Virus record (IMG/VR): IMGVR_UViG_3300025141_016157
Span: 64,001 to 128,000 of that record
Reading direction: 5' to 3' (one strand)
DNA: 64,000 bases
From: a virus
The notes beneath the pieces are model-generated. The model made no database searches, was not told the DNA's origin, and saw only the letters and a list, made by a program, of their open reading frames with translations. Positions 10,188 through 20,700 of the stretch are shown here, one piece after another (the stretch's first letter is position 1; every line of letters starts with the position of its first letter). Made by a program: the position numbers and the translations under genes.

Positions 10188-13100
10188 ATGGCAGAAAAAG
10201 TTTTTAAAAGCGCAGGAGTTTTCGCAACTGAGACAGACCTCTCAAGGCCTGTAGCTGCGTCGCCTACTGGTATTCCGGCAGGCATTATTGGGCCGTCAGT
10301 AGAAGGGCCGGCATTTGTACCAATTACTGTCGGGTCGTACTCGGATTTTAGAAGAGTCTTTGGTGATACTGATGGTAAGAAATTTGGACCTTTGGCTGTA
10401 TATACTTTTCTACAGCAATCAACGGCACTAACATACCTACGTGTTCTAGGAATCGGTGATGGATTAAAGAGAGATTCATCAACAGGAAAAGTAAATAGGG
10501 CAGGATTCACTGTTGGCGAGAAGATGGTTCAAAATGACGGTCTTCTTGGAGCAAACCCGTATGCAGTCGCGGCAGGTGATGAGGGTAGAACATGGTTTAT
10601 TGGTTGCTTTATGTCTGGAACTTCGGGAAGTGTCGTATTTTCTGAAGCAGGTCTTCAGGCGGGCGGAAACCAGCAAGCAGTTCCAATTATCAGAGGTATT
10701 TTGATGGCAGCATCTGGAGTAATACCTCAGCTTTCAGGTGCACACATAGGTGACATTTCAGGTCAGTCTGCACAGCCTACAAATACTGACCCAGCAGTAT
10801 TAGGATCAGCAACAACACAAGGCGGTGCATCAGGATCTGTAAACCCGTCAACAGGAGACTTTGTTCTACTCTTAAATGGGCATAAGTCAACAGACGCATA
10901 TAAGAATGTTATAACTGCATCATTTAAGCTTGGCGATAATTATCTTGCCAACAAACTAAATACAAATCTTGACAAACTTCAAGAGGCAGGCCACTATCTA
11001 TATACTCACTATGATATTAACAATTCATTTGCTGAAGTGACAGGTAGCGGAATTATAAATCCTAAAATAGTATGTCCAGCTACTGGTGCGTATCTTAACA
11101 ATACTGCACTAGAAGATATTGGATTCTTACTTACTGGATCAGGTGTAAGAGATTCTTCAACAGCAGGTGTAACACCAAATTACGAATCGTTTCAAGATAG
11201 ATTTACCACAGCTAAGTCACCATTCTTTCTTTCACAGGACTTTGGTGGAACAAAGCACAACTTGTTTAGAGTTCACGCAAGGGGTGATGGTGAATCGCCA
11301 ACAGCAAAATACAAGATATCAATTGAGAATATTTCGCCGGCATCAGAAGTTGCAACAAATCAATTTGGAACATTTGACCTGATGGTTAGATCATTTACAG
11401 ATTCTGATGAGATGCCAGAAATTATTGAGCCCTGGGTTGGTCTTACAATGGATCCTTCAAGTGAAAAATTTATCGGAAGGGTAATTGGTGATCAAAGGGT
11501 ATTTTTCGACTTTGATCAAAGTCTAACAAGTCAAAAACTTGTTGTTGAAGGAAATCATGCAGGAAACTCATCTCTAGTAAGAGTCGAGATACCAAGGGCA
11601 GTAGAGCTAGGATATGTTCCAGATAATGCACTACCAATGGGATTCAGAGGGCCTTCCCACCTTGTCTCTTCAGGGTCAGGACCTTTGTCATCATATGACG
11701 GATCGCTTCTCGGACCAGGTGGCGGAAGAAGTGATAAGCTTCAGATTACAGACGATGTATGGAAGAGAGCAGTATCTTTACCGATTAGATATAGAAAGGA
11801 TGTTAGAAAAGCTCAAACTGCAACAGAAGAAGGAATACACTTTGTGGGAGCAAATCCGTCTCTATACTGGGGTGTCCAGTTTAGAATGAGAGATCCAGAC
11901 AACTTGATAACAAATGCATTTGGAGATCGCGAACTTAGAAGTCTAAATTCAGCAACAGCTACATTTGATTCTTCAATGGAGTCTAGAACAAAATATTTTC
12001 CCAACTTTGATCCAGCAGCGTTTAAGTTTGCTGTGGGTAACAATCCCGGAGTTGCTGATGTAAACGGAACAGTTCTTGATTGTGATACATTTAATAACAA
12101 CATATTTACTCTAGAAAGAATTAGAATAAAAACTGGATCAAACGATGCATTACTGGCTGATCCACTTATGTGGAAAAGTGCATCATACATAAGAGAAGGA
12201 AGCATTGCAGCAGATCTTGGAATGAGAGCACTTAAAGTGAAAGATCTATCTCTTCAGGGAAATAGAAAATATGCGAAATACTCAACCATTTTACAGGGTG
12301 GGTACGACGGAACTGATATTTTCAATATTGATAAGAGAAGGATGTCATCTACAGCATGTAAAAGAGAAATGGATGATTCAGTAAACCAGGGTGGAACTTC
12401 AGGGGCAACAGTTGCAACATATAGAAAGTCTATTGACATAATGGGTGTCAAGGCTGATGTTGATATTAATCTTCTATCAATTCCTGGAATTAGAAACTCT
12501 GGTGTTACAGATTACGCAATTACAGCTGTTGAGTCAAGATATGACGCGATGTATGTAATGGATATTGAGCAAAGAGATGAAAATAACATGGTTATGACTG
12601 GATCAAAGGATGCTGATGGTAATATGATAGTTCCAAGTATATCAAATACGACAGCCGGATTTAGTGCAAGAGGTCTCGACTCATCATTTGCTGCAGCATA
12701 TTACCCAGATGTTAATATGACAGATCCTACAACCGGAGGAACAGTATTAACACCAGCAAGTGTTGCTGTCATGGGTGTAATGTCTCAGAATGATAAGATT
12801 GGTAGACCGTGGTTTGCACCTGCAGGCTACTCTAGAGGAAAGCTAGATTCTTCAATCTCAGGTACATCACTAAGTCTTGAAAGAGCTGACCTTAACAGAT
12901 TGTATGAAGTTAATATCAATCCACTGGTATCTTTTGCCGGAGGATCTCCGGTTGTCTGGGGGCAGAAAACATTGCAAGCAAATGCATCTGCACTTGATAG
13001 AGTTAATGTGAGAAGGCTTCTAATAGATGTTAGAAGAAAAGTCAAGAATATTGCAAATTCACTTCTCTTTGAACCCAACAGACAAGAGACATTAGACAAG

Positions 13101-13313
13101 TTTAATGCTCTTGTTAAGCCTATCATGCAGAGAATTCAGGATCAGTCAGGTGTAGATAGATTCAAGGTTATAATTGATACTACAACTACTACACAGGCTG
13201 ATGTTGAAAATAATACAATTAGAGGTAAGATATACTTACAACCAACCCGTACCGCAGAGTTTATAGCGCTAGACTTTACAGTAACAAATGCTGGCAATTT
13301 TGACAGTGTTTAA
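10188..13313 (+). CDS. Tail sheath protein 2 (paralogue)
   Basis: GPAFVP, PWFAPAG.SRG, INPL, WGQKT, LDRVNVRRLL, FEPN, PTRTAEFI.LDF. Confidence 0.95.
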   Translation: MAEKVFKSAGVFATETDLSRPVAASPTGIPAGIIGPSVEGPAFVPITVGSYSDFRRVFGDTDGKKFGPLAVYTFLQQSTALTYLRVLGIGDGLKRDSSTGKVNRAGFTVGEKMVQNDGLLGANPYAVAAGDEGRTWFIGCFMSGTSGSVVFSEAGLQAGGNQQAVPIIRGILMAASGVIPQLSGAHIGDISGQSAQPTNTDPAVLGSATTQGGASGSVNPSTGDFVLLLNGHKSTDAYKNVITASFKLGDNYLANKLNTNLDKLQEAGHYLYTHYDINNSFAEVTGSGIINPKIVCPATGAYLNNTALEDIGFLLTGSGVRDSSTAGVTPNYESFQDRFTTAKSPFFLSQDFGGTKHNLFRVHARGDGESPTAKYKISIENISPASEVATNQFGTFDLMVRSFTDSDEMPEIIEPWVGLTMDPSSEKFIGRVIGDQRVFFDFDQSLTSQKLVVEGNHAGNSSLVRVEIPRAVELGYVPDNALPMGFRGPSHLVSSGSGPLSSYDGSLLGPGGGRSDKLQITDDVWKRAVSLPIRYRKDVRKAQTATEEGIHFVGANPSLYWGVQFRMRDPDNLITNAFGDRELRSLNSATATFDSSMESRTKYFPNFDPAAFKFAVGNNPGVADVNGTVLDCDTFNNNIFTLERIRIKTGSNDALLADPLMWKSASYIREGSIAADLGMRALKVKDLSLQGNRKYAKYSTILQGGYDGTDIFNIDKRRMSSTACKREMDDSVNQGGTSGATVATYRKSIDIMGVKADVDINLLSIPGIRNSGVTDYAITAVESRYDAMYVMDIEQRDENNMVMTGSKDADGNMIVPSISNTTAGFSARGLDSSFAAAYYPDVNMTDPTTGGTVLTPASVAVMGVMSQNDKIGRPWFAPAGYSRGKLDSSISGTSLSLERADLNRLYEVNINPLVSFAGGSPVVWGQKTLQANASALDRVNVRRLLIDVRRKVKNIANSLLFEPNRQETLDKFNALVKPIMQRIQDQSGVDRFKVIIDTTTTTQADVENNTIRGKIYLQPTRTAEFIALDFTVTNAGNFDSV

Positions 13314-13362
13314 AATGAAGTAGCGTTATACTTATAATTTGAAACCTTAGGAGAATATTCAG

Positions 13363-13854
13363 ATGGCAGAAACACTTTCAGTTAGCGAGATGCTACCCAA
13401 CAAGTTCGAACCCAAGCGACAGTTTCGGTGGGTCTTCGCTATAGAGGGTATCGATTCATTTTTGATGAAGACAGCAGCAAGACCACAGATGCAATTTCAA
13501 GAGCTTGCAATTCCTTTTATCAATTCGTATAGATACATGGCGGGAAGGATGCAATTTCAGACAATGCAGATTTCCCTTTACGATCCAATTGCACCATCAG
13601 GCGCACAGCAGGTGATGGAGTGGATTAGAACTCACTACGAATCAGTATCAGGACGAGCAGGCTATGCTGATTTTTATAAGAGAGATATACAGATTAAGTT
13701 ACTAGATCCTATCGGTACTGTCGTAGAACTTTGGGATATGAAGGGTGCAATGATTACAACTGTAAACTTTCAAACTCTCACTTATGAAAATGATAATGCT
13801 CCCGTTACCATTGATCTAACACTGAGATATGATAACTGCGTATTACAGTACTGA
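13363..13854 (+). CDS. Tail tube protein (gp19-like)
   Basis: FEPKR..R, LYDPI.PSG.Q.V.EW, YK.D....LDP.G..VE.W..KGA; follows sheaths. Confidence 0.9.
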   Translation: MAETLSVSEMLPNKFEPKRQFRWVFAIEGIDSFLMKTAARPQMQFQELAIPFINSYRYMAGRMQFQTMQISLYDPIAPSGAQQVMEWIRTHYESVSGRAGYADFYKRDIQIKLLDPIGTVVELWDMKGAMITTVNFQTLTYENDNAPVTIDLTLRYDNCVLQY

Positions 13855-13882
13855 TTAAAAATATATTCTATTGGTTTCTTTT

Positions 13883-13914
13883 AAAAATCCTCCCTGAACA
13901 GGGGAGGATTTTTT
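13883..13914 (+). terminator. Rho-independent terminator after tail tube
   Basis: AAAAATCCTCCC..GGGAGGATTTTTT. Confidence 0.85.
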
Positions 13915-13915
13915 A

Positions 13916-13944
13916 TTTACAATAACTACGTCGTATGTTAGATT
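13916..13944 (+). promoter_or_regulatory. sigma70-like promoter
   Basis: TTTACA-N17-TAGATT with TG extension. Confidence 0.5.
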
Positions 13945-13963
13945 TTCTTAGAGGGAATATTAT

Positions 13964-14767
13964 ATGAGCGATATGATAGAAAAGTTGGACCTTGTTAAAG
14001 AAAAATTTGGCTGGGAAGTTCCTATTGAAGCGGTTCCGTTGCCTTCAAGAGGTAAGGTTTATCACAAAGGATCACCACTTTATAATAGAGAGGTTATTGA
14101 AATAAAAGCAATGACTGCACAGGAAGAGGATATTTTGATGTCACCTGCACTTCTAAAGCAGGGAAAGATCATGTCACAACTTCTTTCATCTTGTATAGTT
14201 GATAAAACAATAGATCCAGACGAAATGTTGTCTGGAGATAGAAATGCTGTAATGGTGGCAATAAGAATTACTGGATATGGAGCAGATTATTCAGTAAGCA
14301 CACAGTGCCCAAATTGCACTTTTACAAGTGTTCAAACATATGATCTAGGCCAGCTTGCACTTAAAAGGCTGGATTTATCACCTGTAAATGATAGCGGCAG
14401 CATTTTTGAATTTAAGCTTCCGGTTACAGGAAAGACAGTCCATTTTAAATTTTTGAGCGGAAAAGAAGAGTCAGATAGATCTTTAATGCTAGAAAGAATG
14501 AAAAAAATGACAAATGGAATGGGTGTAGAGAGAGAAGTAACTTCCAAACTAGAAACTCAAATTATATCAATAGACGGAATTGATGATAGAAACGCAATTA
14601 GACAATTTGTATCAAAGATGCCTGCAAGGGACTCTAAGTCTCTAAGAAGACATATTCAAATTAGTGAGCCTGGCGTAGATATGAATGTTGATATGAAATG
14701 TCCTGAGTGCATGAAGCACGGGAGGGTTGCGCTACCACTTGGCGCAAACTTTTTTTGGCCCGAGTGA
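13964..14767 (+). CDS. Baseplate-hub/tail assembly chaperone (gp26-like, two CxxC)
   Basis: LPSRG..Y, MTA.EEDIL, GDRNA....IR..GYG, CPNC/CPEC, ends NFFWP; lies between tube and tape measure. Confidence 0.75.
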   Translation: MSDMIEKLDLVKEKFGWEVPIEAVPLPSRGKVYHKGSPLYNREVIEIKAMTAQEEDILMSPALLKQGKIMSQLLSSCIVDKTIDPDEMLSGDRNAVMVAIRITGYGADYSVSTQCPNCTFTSVQTYDLGQLALKRLDLSPVNDSGSIFEFKLPVTGKTVHFKFLSGKEESDRSLMLERMKKMTNGMGVEREVTSKLETQIISIDGIDDRNAIRQFVSKMPARDSKSLRRHIQISEPGVDMNVDMKCPECMKHGRVALPLGANFFWPE

Positions 14768-15059
14768 TGGAATGAGAGAAGAGTTTCTAGAAGAAGCTTT
14801 TCTATTACAATATCATTTAAATATGAATTATTCTGATGTAAGATCAATGCCACTTCCATATAGAAGGTGGTTCATTAAGCGACTTGCTGATGAGTTTAAG
14901 AAGCAGTCTGATGCAAGGAAGAAAGCATCTGATGAAAGACAAGGTCTTGTTGACATTCCAATGGGAGATATGTCGCTATCCCAAGATTCAAACCAGCAAG
15001 GTGAAAGAGTGTCTTCGCAGGTATACGCGCCTAGAACGACAAAGTTTAGCAATGACTAA
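14748..15059 (+). CDS. Tail chaperone second ORF (own ATG at 14772 or frameshift extension)
   Basis: +1 frame overlapping the T7 run at 14750-14756; MP..YRRWFIKRL. Confidence 0.65.
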   Translation, partial: TFFGPSDGMREEFLEEAFLLQYHLNMNYSDVRSMPLPYRRWFIKRLADEFKKQSDARKKASDERQGLVDIPMGDMSLSQDSNQQGERVSSQVYAPRTTKFSND

Positions 15060-15099
15060 ACTTTCTAAAGGTATATTTACCACTGTAGGAGAATAGTGC

Positions 15100-17529
15100 A
15101 TGGCTGGTGAAATGACAGAAGCAACAGGTCGAAGACTAGCAGACGCAATGGAAGCCCTTGCCGATGATGGCATTGGCAGCAGAAGGAGAGATCAGTCAGA
15201 CTCTTCATACGAAGCAGGGAGTAGAAGGGGACGCACGGGAGGCGGAGGTGCTACGTCACCAAGCATCGTAGACAGGCAGTGGGAGGCAGTATTTACGTCT
15301 ATTGCAAATACTGCACCTATAGCAGAAATAAGAAGATTATCAAGTGAGTTTGACAGGCTAGCTGATCCACAGGTCCTAGATAGAATGCAAGCTCTTCAAA
15401 GACAACTAGGAGGTATTGGAGGAGCTGGCGGAGAAGCATTTAGAGAAGGTGCTGGAATGGTCGGGGATATGCGTGACACATATCTTAGATTTAATGAAGA
15501 GCTTGCTGGATCAATAACATCAGGAAATGATGCTGTTTCTGGTCTCGGGGTAAGTTTACGATCCCTGCTTGGAGATGCAGGAAGAACCTATGATGCATTT
15601 GAAATGATGACAATCGGTGCAAGAGGGTCAGCGAATGGATTTAGATTCATGCAAAATGAGACTGATGAGACCATGCTTAGGATGGGTTTATTTGGTCAGC
15701 AAATGGATTTACGTGCATCTGAGATTGCTACATTTCAGGAAAGAGAGATATCTCTAGGGATTGAATCTGGAACAATGCTAGAGAATGCAGCTATTGCTGC
15801 AACAAGAGTTGCTGACGTTTACGGTGATTCTGGCAAAGAAATTATGAATATTATCGAGGAGATAGTATCTGACACACGGAGGTTTGGAAACGTTTCAGAG
15901 ACAGAGGCAGCAAAGATAGGTGGAGCTTTAAGACAGCTCGGTCTAGACTATGGCGAGCTTGGCGGCATGACTGATAAGTTCTTTGACTTCGAAGGTGCTG
16001 CTAGTAGTGTGTCAGCACTGACATCAGTGTTTGGTGTTCAAATAGATGCCATGGAGGCAATGAGGCTTGCAAACTCACCTGATAGGCTTGATTTCTTAAC
16101 TTATATGAGAGATCAGTTTATGGCATCTGGTAGAGCTGTTGAAGATATGACTCTTGCAGAAAAAAGGCTTATTCAGCAACAGCTAGGATTATCAGATATT
16201 CAGGCTGTTGAGAGACTCTTTGATCCAACAGTTGATCTGGAGAATCTAGATGCTATAGATGAGGCAGCAAACAGGGGAACAACATCACTTGAAGGTAGCA
16301 TAGAAGAACTAGAGACACAAATTAAGAACTTTGGAGACGGAACTGACGATGCTCTTGAAAGAGTGAGGGATGCATCTAGGGATGCATTCACTGCTGGAAT
16401 GCAAAGAGATATAATGGCTACAATTACAACTGCTGAAGATCTTATTGGAACGATGGAGCTTGTTGGTCAAGCTGGGGGAAGGGAGCTAGCAGATTCTGAT
16501 CAGTTTGGATTCCTCCAGCAGGGACTTAGGGATATGGAAGCTTTTGTAAGCAGCATGGATGGATCTATAGGTGAAATTCAGCAGGGGCTAATTCTTGCAT
16601 TTACTGGAGACGGTACAGAGGCAAATCCTGGAATTACTGCTACAATAATCAAAGAGCTAGGGGACGCATTTGAGGCTCTTCTTAATGATCCAAGGTGGCG
16701 ATCCAGGTCTCCATCGCTTGCAGGTCTTGCGATAACTGGCGGAGTTATCAAAGCTCTCCAGGAACTTTCTCCCGAAGCTAGAAAGAGTTTCGATGCCATA
16801 GGGAAAGAAGGAGATAAATTTGCAGCAAAACAACTAGATGGCTGGTCAAAAGAAATTGGAAAACTAGGGATGAAATCTACTGATTTCGGAAAATCAGAGA
16901 TAGAAAAGCTTGCTAGTGATTTTGGAACAACGACAGCTAGGGTTGAATCTGCAATAAATGCAAATCTTAAAAATACCAAGCAGAGAGACAAGGCACAAAA
17001 AATAGAGACACATCTTGAGGGAATTATGAACCTCGGAGACAAGCAGCTCGTTCAGAACCGCCTATCTGAACTTGCAAGGTATTACAAAGTTTCAAAAGCA
17101 TCGCTTGAGTCATATACATCTGGAAAGAAAGATCAGGATGCAATTTTTAAAGATATACTGGATACAAAGAAAAAAGATGCTGAGAAGGCAGAGAAAAAGA
17201 AAAAAGAAGATGCAGCTAAAAAAGCAGAGGGCAAAGACAAGCCAGAAGTAAATTCAAAAGCTGATGAATCAAATAAAGAAAGTATTAGAGCAATTAAAGA
17301 TGCAAAAACTGCGCAGCTCAAGGCTGAAACAGAGCTAGAAGAACTTAAATCAAAGCTTGAAAGTAAAAAAGGAGAGGATGGTATTATTAATCTTACAATT
17401 AACCCTGCTGATGTTATACTCGAAGTTTCAGATAGAGAAATTGGAAGGGCAGCCCTCAATGCATTCTCCTCCGGGACACCAGTTTTAAGCGATTCTGGTA
17501 AATCTTGGAAAGTTGTTTTAAAAACATAG
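15100..17529 (+). CDS. Tape-measure-like protein
   Basis: 809 aa, helical A/G/E/L-rich, follows the chaperone pair. Confidence 0.65.
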   Translation: MAGEMTEATGRRLADAMEALADDGIGSRRRDQSDSSYEAGSRRGRTGGGGATSPSIVDRQWEAVFTSIANTAPIAEIRRLSSEFDRLADPQVLDRMQALQRQLGGIGGAGGEAFREGAGMVGDMRDTYLRFNEELAGSITSGNDAVSGLGVSLRSLLGDAGRTYDAFEMMTIGARGSANGFRFMQNETDETMLRMGLFGQQMDLRASEIATFQEREISLGIESGTMLENAAIAATRVADVYGDSGKEIMNIIEEIVSDTRRFGNVSETEAAKIGGALRQLGLDYGELGGMTDKFFDFEGAASSVSALTSVFGVQIDAMEAMRLANSPDRLDFLTYMRDQFMASGRAVEDMTLAEKRLIQQQLGLSDIQAVERLFDPTVDLENLDAIDEAANRGTTSLEGSIEELETQIKNFGDGTDDALERVRDASRDAFTAGMQRDIMATITTAEDLIGTMELVGQAGGRELADSDQFGFLQQGLRDMEAFVSSMDGSIGEIQQGLILAFTGDGTEANPGITATIIKELGDAFEALLNDPRWRSRSPSLAGLAITGGVIKALQELSPEARKSFDAIGKEGDKFAAKQLDGWSKEIGKLGMKSTDFGKSEIEKLASDFGTTTARVESAINANLKNTKQRDKAQKIETHLEGIMNLGDKQLVQNRLSELARYYKVSKASLESYTSGKKDQDAIFKDILDTKKKDAEKAEKKKKEDAAKKAEGKDKPEVNSKADESNKESIRAIKDAKTAQLKAETELEELKSKLESKKGEDGIINLTINPADVILEVSDREIGRAALNAFSSGTPVLSDSGKSWKVVLKT

Positions 17530-17541
17530 TATAGGAAAGAT

Positions 17542-17793
17542 ATGAAAAATATAGTAGAAATTGTTATGGAAACAGACATCATGTCTTCACTAGTTGAGGA
17601 TCTTACAGAAGAAGAGCAAAAAGATTTTAAAAAATGGGCTTCTGATACACTTTCACCTTTAAATGAGCTTGCGCACATAATAAATGATATGTCATCTACA
17701 GTAGAGTCTGCAGAAAGAATATCTGAGGTTGTTCATAGTATTTTATCACCCGAGGGGTTTGCGGAGGTTGAGAAATGTCTAGAGAAAAGCTAG
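17542..17793 (+). CDS. Hypothetical acidic protein
   Basis: 83 aa with AGGA RBS; overlaps the next gene. Confidence 0.65.
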   Translation: MKNIVEIVMETDIMSSLVEDLTEEEQKDFKKWASDTLSPLNELAHIINDMSSTVESAERISEVVHSILSPEGFAEVEKCLEKS

Positions 17794-20700
17794 GTGAGTT
17801 TTTAGAATCTTATACAGAGGGATCAACTACAACACCAGGAAAAATATCATATACAAATCGTGATAGAGACGGCCAGGGGCTTGATCCAGGAGTAGATGAT
17901 CTCGGTATAGATCCAGGATCTGGTCGACCACTTTTGCAACATAATTCCAAAGGTCCACAGGGTATAAGTCTTGTAAATGATTTTCTTAGCTTTCTTACAA
18001 ATCACGCACCCAATTATTATAAACTTAAACAAGGAGCTACAACTGCACAGTCAGTTAAGCATTTGACAGAAGACGGTTCGCCGGTAGTTCTTAAGGCAGC
18101 AGAAAATACAAGTGCTGAAAATGTCTTTGTTAAGACTGCTGAATCAGCAGGCGATGGATTAGGTGCGACAATGTCACAATATTCCAATAGCGGCTATCTT
18201 GATGGGTTAAATAATATAGTTTCAAAACTAGGTGATATTACAGATCCATCAATGGATGAAGGGCCTGGCCCGCATTCTGGAAATAAGCTTTTGACATCTA
18301 TTGAAGGGCAAGATCAAAATGTAACGGGAAAGACATTTGTAGATACAACAGTTGATGACCTAGAGCAGAACTCACTAAATGCAGTTCAGGGAATGCTTCA
18401 AGAAAGAAATAGATTTAACACTTCTCAAGAAAGAGCATTTGCTCCCTATGATAATAGTCAATTATCAAAAAATATGAAAACGGGAAAAGACGGGCAAGGG
18501 TCAAGAACCGCCCAGTCAGAATATGGATCTTTTGTTAAATCTGCACCCGAGATGGTGAATAATGATCTTGCTCATGTTGGAAGATCAATGATACTTCAAG
18601 CTCTTGGTATTGACTGGTCTGATAGCCCAGGCGGGGCTACAAATCCCAACGAATTTGAATATGATACAGAGTCTGTAATAGTTAATGGCGCAGCTATGGT
18701 TCTTAACACACCGACTAGTGTTCAATTCCCTAGGGCAAAAAATGCATATGGTGCACCGGTTGTCGGAGATGGTGTTGATAGCTCGCCATTGAGTGAAGGA
18801 GCATTTGAGACTGATGGCGAGAGTCACAGCTACGGAGGACACTATACACCTGATTTAGCTTACAGCTCTCCAAAGTCAAGAGCAGTGCTTAGGGCACGAG
18901 CAGCTGCAGTAATAATTGGAATGGTTATTGCTACAAAGACTGTATCTGACTCTTTGGATATAGCATATAGTACTATAGAGTTAGGAAGAAGTCACGGAAA
19001 GTTAGGTGAGGCAAAGAGATTCGCAGCTAATGCAAAAACCCAGGTCTTTCAAAGGCTTGTTATTCCAGTCACAAGATTCCCGTATTCTGACTGTTTAAAC
19101 ATGGGTCTTACTATGCTTTTTGGAACAAGTGATATGTCGTTTGACAAAATAAAAAATGTTAGTAATCATCAAACAATATCGGAAGCACCTGGGTTCTGGT
19201 ATGCAATTGGAAAGTCTATGCTACAGAAGTTTGCTGCAGCATCTACATCTCTTACAAAAAATCTAGAGTCGTTTGAATCAGATCCCGTAGGTTCTTCCAC
19301 TGCAATTCTTGCAGATGTTACTAGAAGCGGAATAGTAGGCGTTATTAACTCAATAGTTCAAATAGGCGATATAGGACTATTTTCAACAGGGGGAACTGCA
19401 AATCTACAAAATGCAGCAAACGGCGGGGTGCGACCTTGGAATGTAGACTCTCTGGTCGAAGGCCCGCAAACAAGAATTTCAAAGAGTAGGGTAAATACAA
19501 ATGGTCAAACTTCTGCTGCACTTGCGTGGAGGGGAATGTCTGCACCTAGTCTCTACCTTCTTCCTAGAAATGTTATAAAAGCAGTTGTAGACTCTAATAC
19601 TCTAAACTGGGGGCCGAATCCAATTAAAGCTCATACTGCAACTTCTTTAATTGAGAAATCATATATTGATGTAAACGGATATGGACCCACTGCAGGAATA
19701 TCAAGAGGTAGAATTCCAACAGATGTTAGGAGAAAAATGGAGAATACTCTAGATGCAGAGTATGTACCGTTTTATTTTCATGATGTAAGAACCAATGAGA
19801 TGATAGGATTCCACGCATTTTTAACAAATTTGAGTGACTCATTTAGTCCACAATTTTCATCAAACAAGGGGTACGGAAGAATCGATCCTGTCTATATTTA
19901 CAAGGATACAAAAAGAACAGTTACATTTAGTTTCTACGTTGCTGCAACATCAAAGGAAGATTTTGATGAGATGTGGTTTAAGATCAACAAGCTTACAACA
20001 CTGGTATATCCCCAATGGTCAAAAGGAAGCGGCTTAGTAGATGGAGACGACAACAAGATAGTTCAACCATTCAGTCAGGTAATAGGTGCAACACCGCTTG
20101 TTAGACTAAGAATTGGCGACGTTATAAGGGGAAATTATTCAAGATTTAACCTTGGAAGAATGTTTGGAATAGGAACTGATGAGTTTAAGATAGCTGATAA
20201 TACATTTGGCTTGGGCGGTGGATCATCTGGTTTCGTTAATATGACAGCACCGTGGACAACAGCAGTTTCTGATTTCATGATTGACTATATATTTTCCACT
20301 GCATATGGTTCACCAATGGCGCTTCTGCCTTTCAGCGGAGATGCAGGAGCAAGTGTTGCAGATAAACTTGTAAGATCAGTTGTGGGAACTGGAATGGAGG
20401 CACTCGGAGGAAGCGGAATAGTTAATCCAATTGGTGCTGCACTAATACTAGGGGAATTAAGCAATCCCGATTCTGATGAGGCAATAGCTGATTCGCTGGG
20501 AACATCAAATGTTGTTCTAGACGGTGTGGCTGCACTTGCATCTAAAATAGCAACAGGCAGGGCAAAATCAAATCTAGGAACAGGCGGAGGATATACCGGA
20601 ACAAGCTTTCCATTCCTTAAGCCATCATCGAATATTGGATATACACTTGTAACTGAATCAGGAGAAACAAAGTTAAGAACTACAATTCCGTACAGGGTTG

